A stretch of 64,000 nucleotides of DNA from Hyphococcus sp. Lineage in GTDB: Bacteria > Pseudomonadota > Alphaproteobacteria > Caulobacterales > Parvularculaceae. Each line of letters opens with the position of its first letter. Position 1 is the stretch's first letter. Positions 1-9,400 of this stretch are shown here, one piece after another. The stretch lies in assembly GCF_021604585.1 (NCBI RefSeq), contig NZ_BQJG01000003.1. One strand, written 5' to 3'. The translations under genes and the position numbers were made by a program. Under the pieces are notes generated by a model that worked only from the letters and a program-made list of their open reading frames with translations, was not told the DNA's origin and searched no databases.

Positions 1-1443
1 ACCGCGCCGGTGATCTTGCCCAGCGCCCGGGCCGCAAGGCGGGCGTCCTCGGCGGCCAGTTCTGGGGCGCGGGCAATCAGGCTTTCCGCCCGGGAAAGCG
101 CCGCGAGGGCTTCCTCCACCGCTTGAACATGGCGGATGCGGGTGAGGGCGGGGCCGTCCGCGAAGTCGCCGCCCGCCGCTTTCGCGGTCAGCGCCTCAAC
201 CAGTTTGGCCATACCGGCGCCGGTTTTCGCCGAAAGGGCGAGCTCCGTGAACCCGGACTGCTCCATTTTGGGAACACCGCCCAAGTCGGCCTTGTTCCAC
301 ACGATGATGTCGCCGGGTTTCAGCAGGTCAGACCCCTCACCCGAATTTCCAAGAGGAAATTCGACCTCTCCCAAGGGAGAGGTAGGGCGTTGCGCATGAG
401 GCAAGCTTACCTTTCCCTCGCGAGAGGTAATGGGTTGCGCTTGCGGCAGGTCTACCTCTCCCTTGGGAGAGGTCGAAGGCGCGCCAGCGCCTTCGGGTGA
501 GGGGGCTGCGCCAGTCCACTCGGTCGTCAGATCCATAACCAGCACGCGAATGTCAGCCTCTTCGGCGCGTTTTCTCGCCCGTTTCATGCCCTCCGCCTCA
601 ATGGCGTCGCCTGTAGCCTCGCGCAAGCCCGCCGTATCGGCAATGGCCGCGACCACGCCGCCGAGATCGAGGCGGGTTTCGACAATATCGCGGGTCGTCC
701 CGGCGGTCTCCGAGACGATGGCGACATCCGACCCGGCGAGCGCGTTCACCAGCGACGACTTGCCGGCGTTGGGCGCGCCGATCACGGCAATCGAGACGCC
801 TTCGCGAATTCTCCGTGCACTGACCGATTGGTTAAGGAACGTGATTAACGACTCCTGAAGCGCGTCGATGGCCGGTCCGGCGGAGGCGGCGACCGCGGCC
901 GGCACATCGCCTTCATCAGGGAAATCGATGTCGGCTTCGAGCGGCGCCATGACGGCCAGAATCTGCGCCCGCCAGCCTTCGGCCAGCGCCGACAGCCGCC
1001 CGTCAAGCTGACCCAAAGCCTGCTTTTTCTGCAGGATCGTTTCGGCATCGATAAGATCGGCGAGCGCCTCCGCCTGGGCCAAATCCAGCTTGCCGTTTTT
1101 GAGCGCCCGCAAGGTGAATTCGCCCGCCTCGGCCGGCCGGGCGCCGAGCCTCGCCAGCGCGTCATAGAGCGCCGTTTCGACCGCGCGCGAGCCGTGAAGA
1201 TGAAATTCGGCGACGTCTTCGCCAGTGTAGCTTTTCGGGCCTTCAAAAAGTATGGCCAGGCCTTTGTCGATGATTTGGCCGTCCTCCGGGTCGCGCAGCA
1301 CTCCCATTTCGGCTGCGCGATACTTAATCTGTTTACCAACCAATTCTTTGAAAATGCGAAAAGCATCCGGTCCAGACAGACGAAACACCGCGACTCCGGC
1401 TTTCCCGGCGCCGGAAGCCCGGGCGAAAATCGTGTCGGTCATT
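1..1443 (-). CDS. mnmE: tRNA modification GTPase MnmE (3' end runs off window start)
   Basis: Absent from the ORF track because it reaches the window edge. Hand translation of the minus strand from ATG (revcomp 1441-1443) gives MTDTIFARASGAGKAGVAVFRLSGPDAF. G1 is GAPNAGKSS, G3 is DTAGLRE, G4 is NKADL. The C-terminal LAARALGKITGAV continues past position 1. Confidence 0.93.
333..504. repeat. Nested palindromic / 3 x ~45-bp tandem repeat lying in-frame inside mnmE
   Basis: A 13-bp inverted repeat, cccctcacccgaa (333-345) and ttcgggtgagggg (492-504), brackets three hairpin units. The units are at 364-383, 407-430 and 454-473. Segment 361-384 is the exact reverse complement of 453-476. Confidence 0.85.
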
Positions 1444-1678
1444 ACGGCTTCTTCTTCGCACCCATGCCCATCATGTTCTGGAACTGCTCCATACCCTTGG
1501 TAGAGGTCGCCATCCATTGCGCCATGAAGCGTTCCGGATCGGCCAGGGTGTCCATATTGTCCTTGGCGCGCTTCATCATCTCCGAGACGATCATGTCGTT
1601 CATGGGCTCAATATCGGGTTGGCCGAAAAAGGCCCGCGCTTCGGCCGGGGTGCAATCGATGTTGATGGTCAGTTTCAT
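1442..1678 (-). CDS. Small conserved hypothetical protein (78 aa, possibly DUF6489-like)
   Basis: ORF-track protein MKLTINIDCTPAEARAFFGQPDIEPMNDM. Its stop overlaps the mnmE start codon, suggesting translational coupling. Confidence 0.6.
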   Translation of the reverse strand: MKLTINIDCTPAEARAFFGQPDIEPMNDMIVSEMMKRAKDNMDTLADPERFMAQWMATSTKGMEQFQNMMGMGAKKKP

Positions 1679-1748
1679 GGGCGGGGCCTCCTCAATAGCG
1701 CTTGGGCAGGCTCTAGCGCATATAGAGGCGGCGGGACAGGGCTATCCC

Positions 1749-3275
1749 TTATACCTCGACAGGCGGAACGGGCTGCGGCGGCGCGCTGGGGTCAAGCTCG
1801 GGGACGTCGATGACGCCGCGCCCGACATGGCTGCGGCCGCGGCCGTAAAGGAAATAGACGGCCAGCCCGATCACCGCCCAGATGGCGAACAACATCAATG
1901 TGTAATGCGATAGGCTGAAAAACAGATAGACGCAGCCAATAATTGCAACCGGCGCGATTACATAAACCGCTGGCGTCCGGAAAGGCCGCGCCCTGGCCGG
2001 GTCTGTGCGCCGCAACACCATGACCGCAACCGACACCATGGCGAAGGCGAAAAGGGTTCCCGAGTTGGAAATGTCCGCAAGCGCCCCCACCGGAAAGAAC
2101 GCCGCGAACACCGCCACGAACACGCCGGTCACGATGGTGATCACATGCGGTGTGTGAAAACGCGGATGAATTTTGGAGAATACGCCCGGCAACAGGCCGT
2201 CGCGGCTCATCACAAAGAAAATCCGGGTCTGGCCGAACATCATCATCAAGATCACCGAAGGCAGGGCGATGCCGGCGGCGAGCCCCACCAGATTGCCGAT
2301 CTGCGGCCAGCCGATTTCGCGCAAGGTCCAGGCGATCGCCTCTCGCGAACACACCACCGCTTCATTGGCGATACCATTGCAGGCAACCGTCAGCGCGGCG
2401 CTGCCCGGCGCGAGACCCGATCCATCCGCCGCCAGCATGGGCTGCGCGCCGACCGTGCCGGTGACGCCGGCCGCCACCAGAATATAGAACACCGTACAAA
2501 TCGTCAGTGAACCAATCAATCCGATGGGCATGTTGCGCTGGGGGTTGCGCGTTTCCTCGGCGGCGGTGGAGACTGCGTCAAAGCCCACATAGGCGAAGAA
2601 AATCGACGCGGCGGCGGCGGAAATGCCGCCAATCCCGAGCGGTGCGAATGGCTCGAAATTCTCGGCGTTCATCACCGGCAGAGCAAGAACAATGAACACC
2701 GTCAACGCCGTGATTTTAACGCATACGAGCACTGCGTTAACTCGCGCGCTTTCGGTGGTGCCGATCACCAACAGCCACGTCACCGCCAGCGCAATGAACG
2801 CTGCCGGCACGTTAACGATCCCACCGCCGCTGGGGCCGGCGATAAAGGCGAGCGGCAGATCGATTCCGAGAACGTTATGCAGAATGCCGACCACATAACC
2901 GGACCAGCCTACCGAAACAGCGCCAGCCGCCACCGCATATTCCAGCACCAGCGCCCAGCCCACCATCCAGGCGAGCACCTCGCCCATAACCGCATATGTA
3001 TAAGTGTAAGCCGAGCCCGACACCGGAACCATAGAAGCGAGTTCGGCGTAGCAAAGCGCCGCCACGGCGCAGACGGACGCCGCGATGATGAAGGAGATCA
3101 TCATTCCCGGCCCGGCCTTTTGCGCGGCTTCGGCGGTGAGAACGAAAATGCCGGTGCCGATAATAGCGCCGACGCCAAGCATGGTCAGTTGAAATGCGCC
3201 AAGCGAGCGCGGCAGCGCGTGTTTCTCGGCGGTCGCGAGAATCGCATCGAGCGATTTCACCCGGTCAAACAACAT
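1749..3275 (-). CDS. APC-family amino acid permease
   Basis: About 12 TM segments and the motif LTMLGVGAIIGTGIFVLT. Start trimmed to the internal MLFDRVKSL (cat at 3273-3275), because the upstream extension is not protein-like. Confidence 0.85.
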   Translation of the reverse strand: MLFDRVKSLDAILATAEKHALPRSLGAFQLTMLGVGAIIGTGIFVLTAEAAQKAGPGMMISFIIAASVCAVAALCYAELASMVPVSGSAYTYTYAVMGEVLAWMVGWALVLEYAVAAGAVSVGWSGYVVGILHNVLGIDLPLAFIAGPSGGGIVNVPAAFIALAVTWLLVIGTTESARVNAVLVCVKITALTVFIVLALPVMNAENFEPFAPLGIGGISAAAASIFFAYVGFDAVSTAAEETRNPQRNMPIGLIGSLTICTVFYILVAAGVTGTVGAQPMLAADGSGLAPGSAALTVACNGIANEAVVCSREAIAWTLREIGWPQIGNLVGLAAGIALPSVILMMMFGQTRIFFVMSRDGLLPGVFSKIHPRFHTPHVITIVTGVFVAVFAAFFPVGALADISNSGTLFAFAMVSVAVMVLRRTDPARARPFRTPAVYVIAPVAIIGCVYLFFSLSHYTLMLFAIWAVIGLAVYFLYGRGRSHVGRGVIDVPELDPSAPPQPVPPVEV

Positions 3276-3478
3276 GTGAGGAGGATCTTTCGCGGCAATT
3301 GCGAGCGCGGACGCTACGCCGAATTCAAAAACACGCAAGCAGTATCTTGCGCAGGCCACAGAGATACAGTGGCGGCCCTCCCGCGCTCGTGACTTGCCGA
3401 GCCTCGCGCCTTGCCTATCTCCCGTCAATCATTGACGTTGCAAAAGCGCTGTTTCCTTAGGCGCAATAGAGGAGAGCC

Positions 3479-3856
3479 ATGATGCCCCGCGACGCTGTTC
3501 TGATCGACAATCCGGCCCTTAAAGACTTGCCCTTTTCGCCCGCCGTACGTGCTGGCGAGCTCACTTACCTCAGCGGTCAGGTCGGGCTCGATCCCGCCAC
3601 CGGCAAGCTCGCCGAGGGCGCGGGCGCGCAAACGGCGCAAGCCCTCGACAATGTCGCTGCTGTCGCCAAAGCGGCGGGCAAGTCGCTCGATGATGTGGTG
3701 AAAGCCAATGTCTTTATTGTCGACATGGCCGACTACGCCGCCGTGAACGAGGCCTACGCGAAAGGTTTTGCAAAACCCTTCCCGGCGCGCACCTGCGTTG
3801 CTGTCGCGGCGCTGCCGCTTGGCGCCCGGGTCGAAATCGAAGTCATCCTGCGCTAG
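3479..3856 (+). CDS. ridA: RidA/YjgF family reactive-intermediate deaminase
   Basis: 125 aa with FSPAVRAGELTYLSGQVGLDPATGKL and a C-terminal ARVEIEVI signature. Confidence 0.85.
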   Translation: MMPRDAVLIDNPALKDLPFSPAVRAGELTYLSGQVGLDPATGKLAEGAGAQTAQALDNVAAVAKAAGKSLDDVVKANVFIVDMADYAAVNEAYAKGFAKPFPARTCVAVAALPLGARVEIEVILR

Positions 3857-3883
3857 ACCTCATCCTTCACCCGGAGCATTTTC

Positions 3884-4852
3884 ATGACCAAGGCTGTCTA
3901 TCTTGAAGCGCATGGCGGGCCGGAAGGCTTCGCGTTGCGCGACTTCGATCCGCCCCCGCCCGATGCCGGCCAGCTGCGCGTCCGCCACACCGCCATCGGC
4001 CTCAATTTCATCGATATTTACAAGCGCACCGGGCTTTATCCGGCTTCACTGCCGGCGATCTTAGGCTCGGAAGCGGCAGGCGTCGTCGAGGCCACAGGCG
4101 GCGGCGTTGAAGGTTTCAAACCCGGCGACCGCATCGCCCATATTGGCGGCAGCGCCTATGCGGAGATCGCCAATGTCCCGGCGGTGCTGGCGGCGAAAAT
4201 TCCCGATAGCGTTTCCGACGAGTTCGCTGCGGCGGTGTTCTTAAAAGGCCTCACCGTCGACATGCTGGTCAATCAGGTTTTCGCGCTCAAACCCGGCGAT
4301 TCCTGTCTGGTTCATGCGGCGGCTGGCGGCGTCGGCACGCTCCTTTGTCAGTGGGCGAACCATTTGGGCGCGCGGGTCATCGCCGTCGTCGGCTCTCAAG
4401 AAAAGGAGACGGGCGCCCGCGCCAACGGCGCTCATGAGGTAATCATCCGTACACAAACGGATAGCATTGCCGCCGAACTGCGCCGCTTGACGAAAAATGA
4501 AGGCGTCGCGGTGGTCTATGACAGCGTCGGAGAAGCAACCTTCACCGCGTCGCTCGACTCGCTCGCCATGCGCGGCCATATGGTGACCTTCGGCAACGCC
4601 TCCGGGCCGGTCCCGCCGGTGGCCCCGCTGGAGCTTTCCCGGCGCGGCTCACTGACGCTCACCCGCCCGACGCTTTTCCACTACGCCACCCCGGAGCGGA
4701 TGCCGGATATGGCGGCGCGGCTGTTCAAGATGGTGGCGGAAGGCGCGGTGCTTCCAAAAATCGGCGGACGCTTTACCCTTGCTGAAATCGCCGAGGCTCA
4801 CCGATTGCTGGAAAGCGGCCAAAGCCAGGGCGCGATCGTTCTTAACCCCTAG
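3884..4852 (+). CDS. NADPH:quinone oxidoreductase (zinc-type ADH/MDR superfamily)
   Basis: 322 aa with a GSEAAGVV motif and the nucleotide-binding stretch AAAGGVGTLLCQWA. Confidence 0.85.
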   Translation: MTKAVYLEAHGGPEGFALRDFDPPPPDAGQLRVRHTAIGLNFIDIYKRTGLYPASLPAILGSEAAGVVEATGGGVEGFKPGDRIAHIGGSAYAEIANVPAVLAAKIPDSVSDEFAAAVFLKGLTVDMLVNQVFALKPGDSCLVHAAAGGVGTLLCQWANHLGARVIAVVGSQEKETGARANGAHEVIIRTQTDSIAAELRRLTKNEGVAVVYDSVGEATFTASLDSLAMRGHMVTFGNASGPVPPVAPLELSRRGSLTLTRPTLFHYATPERMPDMAARLFKMVAEGAVLPKIGGRFTLAEIAEAHRLLESGQSQGAIVLNP

Positions 4853-4869
4853 AGTAAAAGTAATTTCAA

Positions 4870-5841
4870 ATGATTAGATGGTTAACACTTGCCGGACTGA
4901 TGGCGCTGGCGGGGTGCGGAGAGAGCGTAACCGTTGAGGGCGCAGACCGGACGTCGCGCTCTTCCAGCGGCTGGTCCATCGATGTGGACGAGGCCTTTGG
5001 CGGCGATCTCAATCAGTTTTTCGAGTGCCTTGAATTGTCCGATGCCGCGCTGGTCTCGGCCCATCGCGGCGGGCCCTATCCGGGTTTTCCCGAAAATGCT
5101 GTGGAGACCATGGATGCGCTGCTCGCCAGAATTCCGGCGATGATGGAAATCGACGTGGCGACATCCGCTGACGGGGTTCTCTTCCTCAATCATGACGACA
5201 CGCTTGATCGAACCACGACTGGCGAGGGCGACGCCAGCGCCCGCAGCTGGAACGAGATCAAACGCTTAAAGCTCGAGGATGATGACGGAACGCGCACTGG
5301 TTTTGCGCCGTCTCGTTTTGCCGATGTTCTCGCATGGGCCAAGGGGCGCACCATCCTGCAAATCGATTTCAAACAATCGACGCGCTATGAAGACGTTGCA
5401 GCGGAAATCAAACAACAGCGCGCCGAAGACCGGGTCATCCTCATCGCCTATTCCATGGCGTCTGCGCAAAAACTCCACCGCCTGATGCCGGACGCGATGA
5501 TCTCACTGTCGCTCGACACCCAGTCGGAACTCAACCGCGCTGTCGCCGCCGGCATTCCCGACGACCGCATACTGGGCTTTACCGGCATCGAAGATCCCCG
5601 CCCGCGTCTGTTCTCCATCCTCAACAGCCGCGACGTTGAAGTCATTTTCGGCACGCTGGGCGGACGCGATTCCATCGACAATGACATCGCCCGTTCCGGC
5701 TATGAGGCGCTCTATGCCGAGATCGCCGCGCAAGGCGCGGACATCATCGCCACCGACCGGCCGATCGAGGCTTATGCAGCGCTCGAAGACGCCGGCCGCA
5801 CGGTCGAAGCTGGCGAATGCGGGGTCAGTTTTTCCAGCTAA
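4870..5841 (+). CDS. Glycerophosphodiester phosphodiesterase family lipoprotein
   Basis: Lipobox LAGC, plus VSAHRGG, ENAVETM and NHDDTLDRTT GDPD motifs. Confidence 0.8.
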   Translation: MIRWLTLAGLMALAGCGESVTVEGADRTSRSSSGWSIDVDEAFGGDLNQFFECLELSDAALVSAHRGGPYPGFPENAVETMDALLARIPAMMEIDVATSADGVLFLNHDDTLDRTTTGEGDASARSWNEIKRLKLEDDDGTRTGFAPSRFADVLAWAKGRTILQIDFKQSTRYEDVAAEIKQQRAEDRVILIAYSMASAQKLHRLMPDAMISLSLDTQSELNRAVAAGIPDDRILGFTGIEDPRPRLFSILNSRDVEVIFGTLGGRDSIDNDIARSGYEALYAEIAAQGADIIATDRPIEAYAALEDAGRTVEAGECGVSFSS

Positions 5842-5862
5842 ACCGTCCGGCGGCGCACGGTA

Positions 5863-5911
5863 TTGACAGGTCACCATCTTTATATAACAACTACGTTATA
5901 TAAAGATGGTG
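5863..5911 (+). promoter_or_regulatory. Candidate promoter (-35 TTGACA) overlapped by a perfect 17-6-17 palindromic operator upstream of the ArsR-family gene
   Basis: TTGACA at 5863-5868. The arm caccatctttatataac (5872-5888) is separated by aactac from gttatataaagatggtg (5895-5911), and the arms are exact reverse complements. The element ends 4 nt before the ATG at 5916. Confidence 0.6.
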
Positions 5912-5915
5912 CTAT

Positions 5916-6272
5916 ATGCAGATCGCAACAGACCCGCTTTCCGTTAAATTCGCGGCCCTTGCCGACCCCACCCGGCGCGCGATCCTCGCCCGGTTGTCGA
6001 CCGGCGAAGCGACGGTGATGGAGCTGGCCGAACCCTTCGCCATTTCCCAGCCGGCCGTGACCCGTCACCTCAAAGTCCTCGAAGGGGCCGGTCTGATTTC
6101 GCGGTCGCGCGACGCGCAGCGCCGTCCGGCGAAACTGGAAGCAGGCGCGCTCAAAGGCGTTGACGACTGGCTCGAAGTTTATCGCCGCATGTGGGAGGGC
6201 CGTCTCGACCGGCTGGCGGACTATCTGCACGCGGTTAATGCGCCGCCACGCAAAAAGAACCGAAAGTCATGA
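5916..6272 (+). CDS. ArsR/SmtB family transcriptional regulator
   Basis: 118 aa with FAALADPTRRAILARL and the wHTH stretch ELAEPFAISQPAVTRHLKVL. Confidence 0.88.
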   Translation: MQIATDPLSVKFAALADPTRRAILARLSTGEATVMELAEPFAISQPAVTRHLKVLEGAGLISRSRDAQRRPAKLEAGALKGVDDWLEVYRRMWEGRLDRLADYLHAVNAPPRKKNRKS

Positions 6273-6754
6273 GCCGGACAATCACTATCACTCCATCCGG
6301 TGAACGCCGGATCGTCACGACACGGACTTTTGACGCGCCCAAGCAGCAGGTCTTCGACGCGTTCACCCGGCCAAAAATGCTGAAATGCTGGATGTTCGGG
6401 CCGGACGGCTGGTCGCTGCCGCATTGCGAAGTCGACCTAAAGCCCGGCGGGCGCTGGCGCTATCTTTGGCGTCATGACGATGGGCGCGAAATGGCCGCCA
6501 GCGGCGAATATCTTGAAATCTCGCCGCCAGACAAACTGGTGCATACGGAGCGTTTCGATGAGGACTGGACCGGCGGCGAGACAATCGTCACCACCCGCTT
6601 CACCGAGAAATCCGGCCGCACCACGGTGACGCTGTCGATCGAATATGCGGCTGGCGAGACGCGCGACCGCGTCCTCAAATCCCCGATGGCGGCCGGCATG
6701 GAGGCGGGCTACGCCCGGCTCGACCGGATTTTGTTACAGCAACACGAGGCTTGA
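6269..6754 (+). CDS. SRPBCC (Aha1/ activator of Hsp90 ATPase-like) domain protein
   Basis: 161 aa with a 4-nt overlap on the arsR-like gene. ArsR + SRPBCC is a typical pairing. Confidence 0.75.
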   Translation: MSRTITITPSGERRIVTTRTFDAPKQQVFDAFTRPKMLKCWMFGPDGWSLPHCEVDLKPGGRWRYLWRHDDGREMAASGEYLEISPPDKLVHTERFDEDWTGGETIVTTRFTEKSGRTTVTLSIEYAAGETRDRVLKSPMAAGMEAGYARLDRILLQQHEA

Positions 6755-6757
6755 ACC

Positions 6758-7126
6758 ATGTTCGAAAAAGTCGCTTTCACCATGTACCCCGCAACCGACA
6801 TTCCGCGGGCCAGAAAATTCTACGAAGAAACGCTCGGTCTCAAAGTCGGCAAGCATGGCGATCATGGACCCATATCCTGGGTGGAATACGACCTCCCCCG
6901 GGGCGGCTGTTTCGCCATCACCAATGCGACCGAGGACGCGCCAAGCGCCGCCGCCGGCGGCGCCATCGCTTTTGAGGTCGCAGATCTCGACGCGCTGATC
7001 GGCAATCTCAAATCCAAGGGCGTCGAGTTCAAATCCGACATCATCCACGGCCCGGCGTGCAGAATGGCGGTGTGTCTCGACACCGAAGGCAATTCGATTG
7101 TGATGCACCAGCTCAACGAGAAATAA
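6758..7126 (+). CDS. VOC (glyoxalase/bleomycin-resistance) family protein
   Basis: 122 aa, starting 4 nt after the previous stop, with an ARKFYEETLGL-type N-terminus. Confidence 0.75.
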   Translation: MFEKVAFTMYPATDIPRARKFYEETLGLKVGKHGDHGPISWVEYDLPRGGCFAITNATEDAPSAAAGGAIAFEVADLDALIGNLKSKGVEFKSDIIHGPACRMAVCLDTEGNSIVMHQLNEK

Positions 7127-7171
7127 CTCCGACGCGCGCAGTCTGTTTCCAACCCTAACCAGAGACCCTTC

Positions 7172-7882
7172 ATGCGAAAATCAAATGTAATCGGCCTCCT
7201 GTCGGCCGTCGCGCTGCTCGTCTCCTGCGGGCCCGGCGCACAGTCAAGCGCAAAGCCGCAAGCCGCCCGCACGGAAACGCCAGCCTCCTCGGCGCCTGTT
7301 GAAGACCTCACCCCGCCGGCCGGGCTCTACAAGCTCGACCGCTATCATTCGAGCATCGTTTTTCGCGCCGATCATCTCGGGTTCTCGTTCTATGCCGGCT
7401 CCTTCGCCACCTTCGACGCGGCGCTTAACCTGGACCCGGCTAATCTGGACGCAACCGAAATCAGCGCCTCTATCGACGTTACGTCGCTGCGCATCCCGAC
7501 TCCGCCGGAAGGCTTCTTCGAGACGCTGATGGGCGAGAAATGGTTCAACGCCGACGCGTATCCGGAAATCAGGTTTCACTCGACCGCCGTCACCCAGACC
7601 AGCCCGAAGTCGGCGCGGGTGGACGGCGTGCTGACAATGCTTGGGGCGACAGCGCCGGTCTCCTTCGATGTGGAGTATCGCGGCGGCTATGCGGGCTATC
7701 CTCAGCTCGATCCGAATGCGCGGATCGGCTTCACCGCCAGCGGCTTCCTTAATCGCAGCGATTTCGGACTTACCGAAGGCATCCCGCCGGAAGGCTCCAA
7801 TATGGGCGTTTTCGACACGGTCACTTTCCAGATCGACGCCGAATTCAACGGCCCGCCGCTACCGGAGCCCGCCGCCGAATAG
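7172..7882 (+). CDS. YceI family lipoprotein
   Basis: Lipobox LVSC plus YKLDRYHSSIVFRADHLGFSFYAGSF, typical of YceI. Confidence 0.8.
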   Translation: MRKSNVIGLLSAVALLVSCGPGAQSSAKPQAARTETPASSAPVEDLTPPAGLYKLDRYHSSIVFRADHLGFSFYAGSFATFDAALNLDPANLDATEISASIDVTSLRIPTPPEGFFETLMGEKWFNADAYPEIRFHSTAVTQTSPKSARVDGVLTMLGATAPVSFDVEYRGGYAGYPQLDPNARIGFTASGFLNRSDFGLTEGIPPEGSNMGVFDTVTFQIDAEFNGPPLPEPAAE

Positions 7883-7939
7883 CTCCCCACTGGCGCCGGG
7901 CTTGGCGGCGGGCGGGAAGCGCGCCTAAACTCGCTACCC

Positions 7940-8377
7940 ATGAAACCCGGTCCAAAATTTGGCCTAAAACGCACTATCGCCCTTTACGCGCTTGGTCTGG
8001 CGCTCGCCGCCATGGCGCTCGCCTGGCTTGAATATAAATATGTGACCCGGGTCTTTACTGGCGAAATCTATGTGGTTCTCATCGCCCTCGGTTTCACCTC
8101 CCTGGGTGTCTGGGCCGGCCGGCGCCTCACCCGCAAAACCCAAGCAGCGCCATTTGAGCTTAATCATGCGGCGCTGGCCTCGCTCGGCGTTACGGATCGC
8201 GAGCATGAGATGCTGCTGGCGCTGGCCGATGGCCTCACCAACAAAGAAATCGCCCGCCGTTTCGACGTTTCGCCGAATACGGTGAAGACGCATGTGTCGA
8301 GCCTTTATGAAAAGCTCGAGGTTCAGAGGCGAACCCAGGCTGTGCAAAAGGCGAAAGACCTAGCGCTCATCCCGTAG
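7940..8377 (+). CDS. Membrane-anchored LuxR/FixJ-type HTH regulator (no receiver domain)
   Basis: Two N-terminal TM helices. The C-terminal region has LTDREHEMLLALADGLTNKEIARRFDVSPNTVKTHVSSLYEKL. Confidence 0.75.
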   Translation: MKPGPKFGLKRTIALYALGLALAAMALAWLEYKYVTRVFTGEIYVVLIALGFTSLGVWAGRRLTRKTQAAPFELNHAALASLGVTDREHEMLLALADGLTNKEIARRFDVSPNTVKTHVSSLYEKLEVQRRTQAVQKAKDLALIP

Positions 8378-8483
8378 GCCATACCCTGCCCAACGTCTTG
8401 TTTTTGCTGAAATCACCCATTCGGGCGATGGATTTCCCGCGCGTTTCGCGGAACTGTGGAGGCCAGACAGGGAGACATCGCCC

Positions 8484-8855
8484 ATGGGAAATCCAGTCAT
8501 CCGTTTCGACATTGGCTGCCGCGACCGCAAAGCGACCACCGCCTTTTATGAAAAGGTGTTCGGATGGTCAGGGCGCGAGGCGGGCTTCAATACGGAGATC
8601 GACACGGGCGGCGGCAAGGGCATCGACGGCGCCGTCACCGCGCTCGGCCATGAGCCGCATAATTACGTCATGATCTATATGGAGGTCGCCGACATCGACG
8701 CGGCCTGTACGGCGATCAAGGACGCAGGCGGCAAGATCACCATCGGCCCGGTTGAGATTCCTGAAGATAACGGGCCGGGGGATGGAGGAAAGTTCGCCTG
8801 GTTCAATGATCCGGAAGGCAACCTGCTCGGCATTTTCGAGCCGCCAGCGCAATAA
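8484..8855 (+). CDS. VOC (glyoxalase) family protein
   Basis: 123 aa with FYEKVFGW and a C-terminal FNDPEGNLLGIF. Confidence 0.75.
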   Translation: MGNPVIRFDIGCRDRKATTAFYEKVFGWSGREAGFNTEIDTGGGKGIDGAVTALGHEPHNYVMIYMEVADIDAACTAIKDAGGKITIGPVEIPEDNGPGDGGKFAWFNDPEGNLLGIFEPPAQ

Positions 8856-8869
8856 AGAGGGACAACAAA

Positions 8870-9400
8870 ATGCTCAAAATCGCGGCCATTTATGGGGCCA
8901 TCGCCGGCTCGATCACCATCGCCGTCATGTGCGTGGGCTTCGTTCTCGACAGCAAAGGGCTCCATGGCGCCAGCAGCGCCGTCTTCGGCTATGCGGTGAT
9001 GATTGTCGCGCTGACGATGATTTTCATCGGGATCAAACGCTATCGCGATCAGTCCCTCGGCGGAGTCATCAAGTTTGCGCCCGCCTTCGGTCTCGGCCTC
9101 GCCATCGCCGCCATTGCAGCTGTCTTTTACTCGACAGGCTGGGAGATTTATCTCGCCGCGACCGATTACGCCTTCGCAGAAAACTACGCCAATGCGGTGA
9201 TTGCGAAAAAGGAAGCGGCGGGCCTTGCCGGCGCAGAGCTGGACAAAGTACGCGAAGCCATGGCGAGTTTCGTCGATAGCTATAAAAATCCGTTCTACCG
9301 CTTCCCCATGACCACGGTGGAAATCTTCCCGGTGGGGTTCCTTGTGGCGCTGGCATCGGCTGCGCTGTTGCGCAACCCAAAGGTCTTTCCAGCGCGCTAA
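8870..9400 (+). CDS. Multi-TM membrane protein (DUF4199-like)
   Basis: 176 aa with 4 predicted TM helices. The family call is from memory only. Confidence 0.55.
   Translation: MLKIAAIYGAIAGSITIAVMCVGFVLDSKGLHGASSAVFGYAVMIVALTMIFIGIKRYRDQSLGGVIKFAPAFGLGLAIAAIAAVFYSTGWEIYLAATDYAFAENYANAVIAKKEAAGLAGAELDKVREAMASFVDSYKNPFYRFPMTTVEIFPVGFLVALASAALLRNPKVFPAR

Noticed and set aside
845-1366. 173-aa minus-strand ORF in the mnmE region, plus plus-strand ORFs at 123-858
   Set aside because: They are out of frame with, or antisense to, the hand-translated mnmE reading frame. That frame carries all the GTPase motifs, and mnmE is missing from the track only because it reaches the window edge.
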